Notes under the pieces: generated by a model | Told to the model about the DNA's origin: nothing | Database searches by the model: none | The model's input: only the letters and a program-made list of their open reading frames with translations | Shown: piece by piece, positions 1-9,671 of the stretch | How positions within the stretch are numbered: position 1 is the stretch's first letter | Layout: each line of letters begins with the position of its first letter | Source: Candidatus Poribacteria bacterium | Lineage (GTDB): Bacteria; Poribacteria; WGA-4E; WGA-3G | DNA length: 64,000 nt | Direction of reading: 5' to 3' | Assembly: GCA_965205015.1 (NCBI GenBank) | Contig: OZ242029.1 | Coordinates: 2,368,001-2,432,000, forward strand | Made by a program: the position numbers and the translations under genes

Positions 1-11
1 GATAGGTTTCT

Positions 12-1223
12 ATGCGAAACACGACCCATAAACTTTTCAAGGATAGGACGTTGCGTCACTTGCACGACGATTGCAATATCTGTGGTGTTGTGAAAAATCA
101 TTTTTTGGCACTCTGCATGCGATATTACCGCCGCTATGGTAAAGGACTTTCGTATCGGAAAATGTCCAAGCATCTGACGAAACTCAAGAAACTTGAGAAA
201 TACAAGCATTGGAATATCCCGTACTCGTGGAGCCTCCAAAATGTGCTAAAACGGTTAGCACAATCCTTTAGAGAAATAAAAACACTCGGAAGAGGTCACC
301 CAAAATTCAAGTCGTGTAAGAAACACAAAGGGATGACGTTTCGGGGTGAACAGGTCAAGCTTGAAAAAGTCCTGGATAAGCAGAAAAACGAAAGAAACCA
401 TCCGACGTATAAAATCCGCCTGAACGGACGTTGGTATCGTTTCGCCCTGCATCGTGAAATCGAAGGCGAAATCATCCAAGTTCACGTAACGAGGGACGCA
501 CTCGGTGATATGTATATTACGTTGACAGAAGACTTTACCGAAATCAAGATCGAACCCAAGACGGGTCAAGCTGAAGGGTTCGACTTTGGTATCAAGGACT
601 TCCTGATTGACAGTGGTGGACACCGAGAGGCTTCTCCAATGTTCTACAACCTCAATGCCAAGAAGTTGGCAAAAGCACAAAAGGCGTATTCCCGCAAGGT
701 CAAAGGGTCTCACAACCAAGAACGCGAACGCAAGACGGTTGCGCGTATCCACAAGAAAACGTCGAATCAGCGATCAGATCATCATTGGAAACTTGCGATA
801 AAGTTGTGTCGCAAGTTCGATATAATGTTCTTTGAAGACCTGAACCTTGACGGCATGAAACGCTTGTGGGGGAAACAGGTCTCGGATCTTGCGTTTGGTG
901 AGTTCCTGCGGAAACTCAAGCACCAGTCTCATAAGCGTATCCGTTCTGTGCTGAAAATCAATCGCTGGTCGCCAACGACAAAATGCTGTTGTGTTTGTGA
1001 ACATAAAAACGAAAATCTCACGTTAGCAGATCGTCACTGGACGTGTTCAAGTTGTCATACACACCTTGACCGCGACCAGAACGCTGCGCTGAACATTCTT
1101 AAGGAAGGGGTAGCTTCCTTTAGGTTAGGAGTCGTAAGACCGATCGTCCTATTCAATAGGATTGTCGGCACCTCCGTTGAATCTAACCACCCGATTCTGA
1201 ATTCTACAAATGCTTCTGCTTAA
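12..1223 (+). CDS. tnpB: RNA-guided endonuclease TnpB (IS200/IS605 family)
   Basis: RuvC-I GFDFG, RuvC-II FEDL, Zn ribbon CCVC..CSSC and RuvC-III DRDQNAA; IS605-type hairpin directly downstream. Confidence 0.95.
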   Translation: MRNTTHKLFKDRTLRHLHDDCNICGVVKNHFLALCMRYYRRYGKGLSYRKMSKHLTKLKKLEKYKHWNIPYSWSLQNVLKRLAQSFREIKTLGRGHPKFKSCKKHKGMTFRGEQVKLEKVLDKQKNERNHPTYKIRLNGRWYRFALHREIEGEIIQVHVTRDALGDMYITLTEDFTEIKIEPKTGQAEGFDFGIKDFLIDSGGHREASPMFYNLNAKKLAKAQKAYSRKVKGSHNQERERKTVARIHKKTSNQRSDHHWKLAIKLCRKFDIMFFEDLNLDGMKRLWGKQVSDLAFGEFLRKLKHQSHKRIRSVLKINRWSPTTKCCCVCEHKNENLTLADRHWTCSSCHTHLDRDQNAALNILKEGVASFRLGVVRPIVLFNRIVGTSVESNHPILNSTNASA

Positions 1224-1263
1224 TATTTGCAGAAGCCCCCGACTTCAGTCGGGGGTCTATCAC
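1100..1263 (+). ncRNA. Putative omegaRNA scaffold and right end of the IS200/IS605 element
   Basis: Hairpins at ~1140-1169 (ccgat..cctatt/aatagg..tcgg), 1212-1236 (gcttctgc/gcagaagc) and 1236-1255 (cccccgact/agtcggggg), followed by ..tctatcac; 5' boundary approximate. Confidence 0.7.
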
Positions 1264-1375
1264 ACCTACAATAATGACCTTGTGATCGTCCAAAGTGTTC
1301 AGCGGCGTGACAAAGGTTACGAATAGGAAGGTAAGTTAACGCAAATTAAACGCGCATTAATGAGAGGAACTTTCG

Positions 1376-1618
1376 ATGCCTAACATCAAAGAACAGCAGG
1401 ATTTCATAACTGCCATGCAAAACTATGCAGAACAGTTGGTCGTTGACGCGTATGCACGCACTACCGAAAATCCCGATGAGCACTTAAGCGAGGAAGTACT
1501 CGCCGAACTTGTTGATGCCGTTGAAAGCAGGCTAATTGTTGAGGCAACGAAAGCGGTTAAATCAGTTGCAAATTCGCTAACATCTACTGATAAGGAATCG
1601 GTACAATCTATTAGATGA
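1376..1618 (+). CDS. Small hypothetical protein
   Basis: 80 aa ORF preceded by gagagg RBS, directly upstream of yyaL. Confidence 0.6.
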   Translation: MPNIKEQQDFITAMQNYAEQLVVDAYARTTENPDEHLSEEVLAELVDAVESRLIVEATKAVKSVANSLTSTDKESVQSIR

Positions 1619-1636
1619 TCTGAATGCCATACCCTC

Positions 1637-3721
1637 ATGACGCTGGAGAAAATACAAATGCACGGTACACCCGAACACACCAACCGCCTTATCCATGAAA
1701 CAAGCCCTTATCTGCTCCAGCATGCGCATAATCCCGTTGACTGGTATCCGTGGGGCGAAGAAGCGTTAGCGCGCGCCAAAGATGAGCAGAAGCCTATCCT
1801 CCTGAGTATCGGCTACTCCGCGTGCCACTGGTGCCACGTCATGGAACGCGAATCCTTTGAGAATGCGGAGATCGCCGCGGTCATGAACGAGCTTTTCATC
1901 AACATCAAGGTCGATAGAGAAGAACGTCCCGATTTAGATGAAATCTACATGAACGCCGTCCAGATCATGACGCGTCAAGGCGGCTGGCCCATGACCGTCT
2001 TCCTCACGCCTGACCTGAAACCGTTCTACGGCGGGACCTATTACCCACCGACCGACAGATACGGGAGACCCGGGTTTCCAAAGGTGATGCACGCCGTTGC
2101 TGAGGCGTTCAGCGGTCAGAATGTGCAGGTCCTACAGCAAGCCGACCAAATTACCGCCCACCTTACCCAGATGAGTAACGTCGTTGACCCGCCCCACCGT
2201 GAACTCACGGAAGAATTGATGACCCAGGCGTTTCAACAGTACAGCTCGCAATTCGATTCGCAACACGGCGGATTCGGCAATGCCCCCAAATTCCCACCCA
2301 GCATGGGGTTGCCCTTCCTGTTACGCTATTGGCACCACAGCGGCAACGCCAACGCCTTAGAGATGGTCGAACTCACGTTGGAGAAGATGGCACGCGGCGG
2401 TATGTATGACCAACTCGGTGGCGGTTTCCACCGATATTCCACCGATGCGCACTGGCTTGTCCCGCACTTCGAGAAAATGTTGTATGACAACGCCCAACTC
2501 GTCGTCGCCTATTTTGAGGCGTATCAAGCCACTCAGAAACCGTTTTATCGTGATATAGCCACGGAAACCCTCGATTACGTCCTCCGTGAGATGTACGATG
2601 CAGAAAACGGCGGTTTCTATTCCACCCAAGATGCCGATAGTGAGGGTGTGGAGGGTAAGTTCTTCGTCTGGGAGCCGAACGATGTGGAAGACGTCGTCGG
2701 CGAAGAAAACGCCGAAGTCTTCTGTGAGTATTACGACATTACACCACAAGGCAACTTTGAAGGAGAAAACATCCTCAATGTTCAAGCACCGCCCGATATC
2801 TTTGCTCGGAAGCTGCGTATGGATGTCGGGGAACTGGAAGCTCTCCTTGCAGATGGAAAACGAAAATTGTTTGATGAACGAGAGAAACGGATTAAACCCG
2901 GATTAGACGACAAAATCCTCACCAGTTGGAACGGCATCATGATCCGCGGTATGGCGATGGGATACCAACTGACCGGGAAACCGGAATATCTTGAGGCGTG
3001 TGAAAAATCCGCCGAATTCGTTTTGACGACCCTATCACAAGAGAACGGACTCCTTTTACGTACCTACCGTGCCGGTAAAAGCCACCTCAACGCCTATCTT
3101 GAGGACTACGCTTACTTCATCGCCGGGTTAATCGCGCTCTACGAAGCCAGTTTTGAACCGCGGTGGCTTACTGAAGCCGAACGCCTCGCACATATCATGA
3201 TCGATCAGTTCGGTGATGACGCCGGCGACGGATTCTTCTTCACCGGCAAAGCGCACGAAACGCTTATCGTCCAATCCAAGTCCGCTTACGACGGTGCCAC
3301 ACCTTCCGGGGCATCTATGGCGATTCACAGTCTCTTACGACTTGCGAAACACCTCGACACCCCCGAATTCCACGACAAAGCCGTTGAGACGTTGTTGCTC
3401 TACTTCCATCAGATGGAGGGAATGCCATCAGGGTCAGGACAGCTCCTCTGTGAGTTAGCGTTCCTGCTATCAACACCAAAAGAGGTTGCGATTGTTGGTG
3501 AAAAAGGGGATGCGGAAACGGATGCGATGTTAGCAGCGTTACACAACACGTATCTGCCCAACAAAATCGTTGCCTTGAGCGAATCCGCTGACGGACAGAC
3601 GTTACCGCTTCTCGCCGGCAAGACCCAAGTTGACAGCACCGCGACCGCCTACGTCTGTGAGAATTACGTCTGCCAAGCCCCCACAACGGATGTCGAGGTA
3701 TTTACGGAACTGCTTCAATAA
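1637..3721 (+). CDS. yyaL: Thioredoxin-domain protein YyaL/SPATA20-like (DUF255 plus alpha-barrel)
   Basis: [38 protein letters not shown]. Confidence 0.95.
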   Translation: MTLEKIQMHGTPEHTNRLIHETSPYLLQHAHNPVDWYPWGEEALARAKDEQKPILLSIGYSACHWCHVMERESFENAEIAAVMNELFINIKVDREERPDLDEIYMNAVQIMTRQGGWPMTVFLTPDLKPFYGGTYYPPTDRYGRPGFPKVMHAVAEAFSGQNVQVLQQADQITAHLTQMSNVVDPPHRELTEELMTQAFQQYSSQFDSQHGGFGNAPKFPPSMGLPFLLRYWHHSGNANALEMVELTLEKMARGGMYDQLGGGFHRYSTDAHWLVPHFEKMLYDNAQLVVAYFEAYQATQKPFYRDIATETLDYVLREMYDAENGGFYSTQDADSEGVEGKFFVWEPNDVEDVVGEENAEVFCEYYDITPQGNFEGENILNVQAPPDIFARKLRMDVGELEALLADGKRKLFDEREKRIKPGLDDKILTSWNGIMIRGMAMGYQLTGKPEYLEACEKSAEFVLTTLSQENGLLLRTYRAGKSHLNAYLEDYAYFIAGLIALYEASFEPRWLTEAERLAHIMIDQFGDDAGDGFFFTGKAHETLIVQSKSAYDGATPSGASMAIHSLLRLAKHLDTPEFHDKAVETLLLYFHQMEGMPSGSGQLLCELAFLLSTPKEVAIVGEKGDAETDAMLAALHNTYLPNKIVALSESADGQTLPLLAGKTQVDSTATAYVCENYVCQAPTTDVEVFTELLQ

Positions 3722-3740
3722 CTTCTCTTTTCTTCTGCTG

Positions 3741-3932
3741 GCGAGGTTTCCCAACCTCGCCTAATCTCCAACCAGAAGGTAGGTGCGGTTTTGCGGCGTA
3801 CACGCCCAAATGCGATCTGCATTCCCAACCGCATCGGACAATCCTCAAAAACCCTTTTATGGTAAAGTCGAAAATTAAGTAGAGGCTTTTCCTTTAACGA
3901 AGGCAGCTCGTAGGGGCGAGGTTCCCTCGCCC
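3741..3932. repeat. Cluster of REP-like palindromes
   Basis: gcgaggtttcccaacctcgc, gtaggtgcggtt...aaccgcatc and gtaggggcgaggttccctcgccc. Confidence 0.7.
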
Positions 3933-3960
3933 GTCGGGGCTTTACCATAATCAATTTAGG

Positions 3961-3989
3961 TTGCGATTTTAATACACCTTCGGTATAAT
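3961..3989 (+). promoter_or_regulatory. sigma70-type promoter of res
   Basis: TTGCGA-N17-TATAAT upstream of ATG 4045. Confidence 0.6.
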
Positions 3990-4044
3990 AAAGCCACGAA
4001 AAATAGACCTCTGTTGACACAGATTAAAGACAGAATCAACAAGT

Positions 4045-6726
4045 ATGGCTTTACATCCCGACTTTCCCGAATCTCCACACGCCGTCATTGATCCTTCGGT
4101 GCGGTGGCTCCCAGATCAGTCTCTGCTGTTTGATCTGGAATATGCAATGCTGCTCCCGCCACTTGTCCACAAAATCCGTGAGCAAGTCAAAACGTGGCGA
4201 GACAACAAGTACAGTGGTGCTGCCGAAACAAGCAAAGCACTCCTCAATTGGTGGTTCAATATCCCTCATCTGCAAGAAGGAGATGAGGGAACAAGGCAAG
4301 AGTTTCAGTATTACTTCGCCCAACGCGAGGCAATCGAAACTATCATCTATCTATACGATGTCGTCAAGGTCCGAGACGAATTCGATCTGATGCGCTTTGA
4401 CAGTTCAGGTGCTGTTTCAGCGAATATGTTTGACGAAAATTGGCGGCGGTTTGTGATAAAGATGGCAACAGGCACTGGGAAAACAAAGGTGATGAGCCTC
4501 GCAATCGCATGGAGTTTCTTTCATAAGTTGTATGAACAGGACTCTGAACTCTCGCGCAACTTCCTCGTCATTGCTCCCAATATCATTGTGCTTGATCGTC
4601 TCTATCACGATTTTCAGGGATTACGCATCTTCTTTGAAGACCCAGTGCTACCCGATAACGGCTTTGAAGGAAACAATTGGCGCGACGATTTTCAACTCAC
4701 CCTGCATGTCCAAGATGAGGTGCGCACTACCCGGCCTACCGGTAATATCTTTCTCACCAATATCCATCGTGTCTATTCCAGTAACCAGTCCCCACCAGCA
4801 CCCGATGATGAAGACAGTATGGACTACTTCTTGGGCAAAAAACCGACGGGTGAAACCACGGATTCCCAAGTGGACCTCGGAGACATTGTCCGCGATATTG
4901 ACGAACTGATGATCCTCAATGATGAAGCACACCATGTCCATGACCGACGGATGGCATGGTTCAAGTCCATTGAAGATATTCACAATCGCTTGTTGCAAAA
5001 AGGCGGCGAGTTAGCGTTGCAAGTAGACGTAACCGCCACGCCTAAGCATAGCGACGGTGCAATTTTTGTCCAGACAGTCGCCGACTATCCGCTTGTAGAG
5101 GCGATTTCACAAAATATCGTCAAACACCCCGTCCTCCCGGATGCTGAAAGCAGAGCGAAACTTGTTGAGCGACAGAGCATAAAGTATACCGAGAAATATG
5201 CCGACTATCTTGATCTCGGAGTCATTGAATGGCGCAAAGCGTATGCCGAACACGAAAAACTGGAAAAGAAAGCCGTTCTGTTCGTGATGACCGACAATAC
5301 TCAGAGCTGCGATGAGGTGGCGGAATATCTCGAAAACCATTACCCCGACCTCAAAGATGCCGTGCTTGTGATTCACACGAACAAAAGTGGTGAAATCTCC
5401 GAAGCCAGATCCAGTAAGAAACAAGCAGAACTTGAGAAACTCCGTAAACAAGCGAATACAATTGACTCGCTGGAGAGTCCATATAAAGCGATCGTTTCCG
5501 TGCTGATGCTCAAAGAGGGATGGGATGTCAAGAACGTTACCACGATTGTTGGACTCCGTGCTTATTCGGCTAAACCCAACATCTTGCCAGAGCAGACCTT
5601 GGGACGCGGATTACGCCTGATGTACTCGGGTGCTATCGAAGAGACCGTGAGCGTTATTGGCACCAATGCCTTCATGGAATTTGTTGAATCCGTTAAATCG
5701 GAAGGTGTGGAATTGGAACGGCAACCCATGGGTGGTGGTACAAAACCGAAGGCACCCCTCGTCATCGAGGTAGACCATACGAACGTCAACAAAGATATTG
5801 ACGCGCTTGATATTGAAATCCCAATACTGACGTGTCGTATCTACCGCGAGTACAAGAATCTGGGGGATTTAGACGTTACACATCTCGATTTTACGCCCAT
5901 TTCGTATCAGGCATTTGGCGAGGATGAACTACGGGAGATCGTGTTTAAGGACATGACAACAGGCGCGGTTACACATACCACAGTGATGGATAGTAACGGG
6001 ATCGCCGACTACCGCAGCGTAATCGGTTATTTTGCAGAGACTGTCCGCAAAGACCTCCGCCTCGTTAGTGGCTACGATGTCCTGTATGGAAAGGTTAAGA
6101 ATTTTGTGCAAAACCAACTCTTCGGCGAGACGATAGTGTTGGAGGATCCCAATACCTTACGAAATCTGTCGGAGCTCCCCGCCACGAAAACTGTTATGGA
6201 AACCTTCAAATACGCCATCAACGACCTCACAATACAAGATAGAGGAGAAGCGGAACTGAGCGAAACGACGCGTGCCCAGGACGCACGTCCGTTTATGGTG
6301 AAAGAACAGGATTACTTGGTCCCCCAAAAGTCTGTGTTCAATAGAATCACTGGTGATAGTCATTTTGAATTGGAGTTTGCCGCATTTTTGGAAAACTGCC
6401 CAGATGTCGTCTCCTACGTCAAAAACGAGTTTAGCCTGGATTTCAAACTCGACTATATCAATGCCGATGGCAATGTTGCCAACTACTACCCAGATTTCCT
6501 CGTCAAGTTGACAGATGGACGTGTAATCGTTGTTGAGACGAAAGGCAGGGAAGATTTGGATGTCCCGCGCAAAATGCAACGCTTATCGCAATGGTGTGAG
6601 GATGTCAACAAGGTTTCGCCAAAAGCTATCTATGACTTTGTCTATGTCGATCAAGAGAATTTCAAGGCGTATAGACAGGAAACATTCCAGCAACTTCTTG
6701 ATGGCTTCACGGAATACAAAACCTGA
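4045..6726 (+). CDS. res: Type III restriction-like Res subunit (SF2 helicase plus C-terminal PD-(D/E)xK nuclease)
   Basis: MATGTGKT Walker A, DEAHH, LKEGWDV, QTLGRGLR, YYPDFLV..VETKG. Confidence 0.92.
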   Translation: MALHPDFPESPHAVIDPSVRWLPDQSLLFDLEYAMLLPPLVHKIREQVKTWRDNKYSGAAETSKALLNWWFNIPHLQEGDEGTRQEFQYYFAQREAIETIIYLYDVVKVRDEFDLMRFDSSGAVSANMFDENWRRFVIKMATGTGKTKVMSLAIAWSFFHKLYEQDSELSRNFLVIAPNIIVLDRLYHDFQGLRIFFEDPVLPDNGFEGNNWRDDFQLTLHVQDEVRTTRPTGNIFLTNIHRVYSSNQSPPAPDDEDSMDYFLGKKPTGETTDSQVDLGDIVRDIDELMILNDEAHHVHDRRMAWFKSIEDIHNRLLQKGGELALQVDVTATPKHSDGAIFVQTVADYPLVEAISQNIVKHPVLPDAESRAKLVERQSIKYTEKYADYLDLGVIEWRKAYAEHEKLEKKAVLFVMTDNTQSCDEVAEYLENHYPDLKDAVLVIHTNKSGEISEARSSKKQAELEKLRKQANTIDSLESPYKAIVSVLMLKEGWDVKNVTTIVGLRAYSAKPNILPEQTLGRGLRLMYSGAIEETVSVIGTNAFMEFVESVKSEGVELERQPMGGGTKPKAPLVIEVDHTNVNKDIDALDIEIPILTCRIYREYKNLGDLDVTHLDFTPISYQAFGEDELREIVFKDMTTGAVTHTTVMDSNGIADYRSVIGYFAETVRKDLRLVSGYDVLYGKVKNFVQNQLFGETIVLEDPNTLRNLSELPATKTVMETFKYAINDLTIQDRGEAELSETTRAQDARPFMVKEQDYLVPQKSVFNRITGDSHFELEFAAFLENCPDVVSYVKNEFSLDFKLDYINADGNVANYYPDFLVKLTDGRVIVVETKGREDLDVPRKMQRLSQWCEDVNKVSPKAIYDFVYVDQENFKAYRQETFQQLLDGFTEYKT

Positions 6727-6790
6727 AATATACTTGTGGTGAGGTAGAAGCAATCTCTGAATCGCAACTGAAAACAAACGCGAAAACTAC

Positions 6791-6820
6791 TTGACATACC
6801 ATACCAATCTATGTTAGAAT
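6791..6820 (+). promoter_or_regulatory. Internal sigma70-type promoter for the ParA-HEPN cargo
   Basis: TTGACA-N18-TAGAAT with extended TG. Confidence 0.6.
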
Positions 6821-6869
6821 ATAAGACATCTTTTCACAAGTTTTCTCATTTTCGAGAGGGGGTGGCACT

Positions 6870-7964
6870 ATGACAGCTTACGCATTTTGGAACAATAAAG
6901 GCGGAATTGGCAAGAGTTTCTTAAGCTTTGTTGCAGCAACCGAGTATGCTCGCACTCATCCGAGCACTGATGTCTATGTTATAGACCTCTGCCCACAAGC
7001 GAATATTTCTGAGATGTTGCTATTAGATTCCCAGCTCTTAATTGATACCGGTGCCCAAAAGTCACTATATAGTTATGATGTAGTGCGCGAAAATTTTGAT
7101 CCGATACACAAACTGGTCGGACGAACGCCGCGTGCTACGGTCGCAGGTTATCTTGAAGCACGCCTGAATTCCCCCTTCAAGCAGATCCAAGATGTGTCCC
7201 CTTATGTGTGCCGTCCTCGGAATTCCAATGCAAAAGTTCCAACGAATTTACTGTTAGTTTGTGGTGACTATCTACTGGAGATCCTTTCGGAAGCGATCCG
7301 TCAGACCTCACAACTCGCCATTCCAGTGGATGCTTGGAAACAGGTACTCAGTTGGATCAAAGATTTAACAGCTGCGTTACGTAAGCGGAGCGGAAGCAGA
7401 GATGCCCTTTTTATTATTGACTGTAATCCGAGTTTCGCTATCTATACTCAGTTGGCACTTGCTGCAGCTGATAACCTTGTTGTGCCTTTTACGCCTGATG
7501 ATAGTTCGCGTCGGGCTGTAGAGAACGTTGTCGCGCTACTTTATGGCCACGGCGTTAGTGACCGCAAAATAGAAACCTATGCGAGGATCAACTTTGCTAA
7601 TAGAGCGAAGGACGAAGGCTTAGATGTTCCGAAACTCCATACGTTTGTCAGTAATCGCGTAACCCTCTATGGCCGCAAAGCAAGCAAGGCTTTTGAGGCA
7701 GTGAATCAAGCCATCAAAGTCACGTTGGATGAGCTTCACAAAGATCATCGTCAAATCTACGCAAACCCAAGAGAGTTACCGAGTGAGAGACTCATGGAGA
7801 TACCTGATTATCACAGTGCATGTGTGGTTATGACCGTTAAAGGAATACCCTTAGATAGACTTCGCCCCGGACCAAATAAAGTTCATGATAAACCTGTCCA
7901 ACTCAATCCCGAACCCTTAGAGAAGTATCGAAAAGCACTCACTGAATTTGTAAATTGTCTTTAA
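6870..7964 (+). CDS. ParA/MinD-family ATPase in defence context
   Basis: Deviant Walker A NNKGGIGKS, IDLCPQAN, IIDCNPS. Confidence 0.88.
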   Translation: MTAYAFWNNKGGIGKSFLSFVAATEYARTHPSTDVYVIDLCPQANISEMLLLDSQLLIDTGAQKSLYSYDVVRENFDPIHKLVGRTPRATVAGYLEARLNSPFKQIQDVSPYVCRPRNSNAKVPTNLLLVCGDYLLEILSEAIRQTSQLAIPVDAWKQVLSWIKDLTAALRKRSGSRDALFIIDCNPSFAIYTQLALAAADNLVVPFTPDDSSRRAVENVVALLYGHGVSDRKIETYARINFANRAKDEGLDVPKLHTFVSNRVTLYGRKASKAFEAVNQAIKVTLDELHKDHRQIYANPRELPSERLMEIPDYHSACVVMTVKGIPLDRLRPGPNKVHDKPVQLNPEPLEKYRKALTEFVNCL

Positions 7965-7973
7965 AGGTTTCTT

Positions 7974-8561
7974 GTGTCATCACCAGCAGCATTGAAGTAC
8001 ACGGTATCGGCGAATCGTATAGAAACGCTGCGTAGAGCAGCAACAGATAGGCGATTACGACCCATGTCGTATGACGAAATACAGGTTTACTATCACGCGG
8101 CACTTGCAGCTTACGTCGCAGCGTGGAACGCGTACATAAAAAATGTCGTGAACGACTTCTACGATGTAATACCGAATTCATCGCCTGTTTACGCAATCGC
8201 CCGACAAGCATCGCAAAGATCAATGGAGAGATTCAATACGCCAAATTGGGAAAATACACAGAGATTTCTTGAGCAGTGCACAGGATATGATCCTATTAAT
8301 GACTGGATCTGGAGTAGACGTGAAATGAGCGGTTTACAGGTTCGTGTGAGATTGAATGAAATATTACGGGTTCGCCATAGTTTCGCGCATGGATTTAATA
8401 TACCCGCTTACAATTGGACAGAATTGCCAAATGGCAGAGTCCGCCTAACGAGCAAAGCCATTCAAGATATTGAGGCTTTCTTCAAAAATCTTGTCAATGT
8501 TACGGACGCGGGCATGAAAGCACATATTGAGTCAACTTACGGGCTTACCAGCATCTGGTAA
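7974..8561 (+). CDS. HEPN-domain putative RNase (RiboL-PSP-HEPN-like)
   Basis: RxxxxH motif in VRHSFAHG, with AAWNAYI and RFNTPN motifs; helical composition. Confidence 0.8.
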   Translation: MSSPAALKYTVSANRIETLRRAATDRRLRPMSYDEIQVYYHAALAAYVAAWNAYIKNVVNDFYDVIPNSSPVYAIARQASQRSMERFNTPNWENTQRFLEQCTGYDPINDWIWSRREMSGLQVRVRLNEILRVRHSFAHGFNIPAYNWTELPNGRVRLTSKAIQDIEAFFKNLVNVTDAGMKAHIESTYGLTSIW

Positions 8562-8627
8562 TCAATGCCAAATTAACAAGATTCATACTTTTTTTTGAAG
8601 GAACTCTATAGCGAGAATCACACTGAT

Positions 8628-8707
8628 TTCGATCCTTCGCTCCAGCGGAGCGATATGTCTATAGCACGTGTGGGTTTTAGGTCTTCCGCTCCAGCGGAGC
8701 GGTATGT
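8628..8707. repeat. REP-like doublet (cgctccagcggagcg x2)
   Basis: Two copies of the palindrome, each followed by tatgt; a related copy (gccccagaggggcggcatgtgtatag) lies at ~24614-24639. Confidence 0.7.
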
Positions 8708-8746
8708 GATTGGTAAAATTAATTTGGATACAATAGGTGATTCATT

Positions 8747-9661
8747 ATGTCAGATACTACAAACAAACCGAAACAAATGGTCTCATACGATACGTATGAT
8801 ATTGGCGGTTTGGATGGCGTGCCCTTTGATGAGGATTATTGTTCTGGCAAAACTATTGGTGAGATTATTGATAATGTTCTTCAAAACCTCAGGTATTGTG
8901 ATTATTGCTCAACTAAATTACTAAGAATTGAAGGGCAGGTTCATGAAGTAAGTAATTATCGGGACTATTGCTTTTGGTATTGTCGCAAGTGCCGTTTCTG
9001 GCAGGCACGCTTTCGTCCGGACCCATCCTGTTATGACATGCCACCACCAGATTTTCATGCGTATATCTCAAAACTCCGCGAGTTTAATGGAGATTTACCT
9101 GAGGGCTGTAATGAAGAGTTGGCTTCGCACATAAGACAGTGCCCTGCTTTGTTGCATTCTTTCAACCCTACGCGTTTTGAAAAATTTGTCGCGGACGTTT
9201 TCCGGGCCAATTATACGAATGCTGAAGTATTGCATGTCGGAAAGCCTCACGATGGGGGTGTTGATGTTCTGTTAATAGATACGGGAAAAGAGGATTGGCT
9301 CATACAGGTCAAACGTCGCAAATCTCAAAACCGTTCTGAAGGTGTTAATACTATTCGGAATGTACTGGGTGCTATGATTGAGAACAGAACTCACAACAGT
9401 ATTATAATCTCAACAGCTAAACAGTTTTCACGATATGCGATACAAACTGCTTCTGCGGCCAAGGTTAAACCTTATTGTATGACTATCAAACTTGTTGATA
9501 AAGGTGTCTTTAACAAAATGTTAGACCCAATCTTACCGGATCGTCCTTGGTTGGATCCTATCAGCGAAATTGATGAAGGAATAGCTAATTACCTTGCAGG
9601 TCGAATTCCAAGCGACAACCAACTTGATATGTTCAAGCCTCAAACTTTTCAACTGATATAA
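8747..9661 (+). CDS. Mrr-like restriction endonuclease with N-terminal CxxC..CxxC zinc finger
   Basis: FEKFVADVF, DGGVDVLL, IQVKR; CDYC and CRKC. Confidence 0.85.
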   Translation: MSDTTNKPKQMVSYDTYDIGGLDGVPFDEDYCSGKTIGEIIDNVLQNLRYCDYCSTKLLRIEGQVHEVSNYRDYCFWYCRKCRFWQARFRPDPSCYDMPPPDFHAYISKLREFNGDLPEGCNEELASHIRQCPALLHSFNPTRFEKFVADVFRANYTNAEVLHVGKPHDGGVDVLLIDTGKEDWLIQVKRRKSQNRSEGVNTIRNVLGAMIENRTHNSIIISTAKQFSRYAIQTASAAKVKPYCMTIKLVDKGVFNKMLDPILPDRPWLDPISEIDEGIANYLAGRIPSDNQLDMFKPQTFQLI

Positions 9662-9671
9662 GAGATAACCC

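Noticed and set aside
3715-4020. 101-aa minus-strand ORF
   Set aside because: Made of REP palindromes and the res promoter
6870-7964. Chromosome or plasmid partition system
   Set aside because: No ParB or evident parS; the partner is a HEPN protein inside an RM locus
8595-8924. 109-aa ORF
   Set aside because: Runs through a REP doublet and overlaps the Mrr gene out of frame
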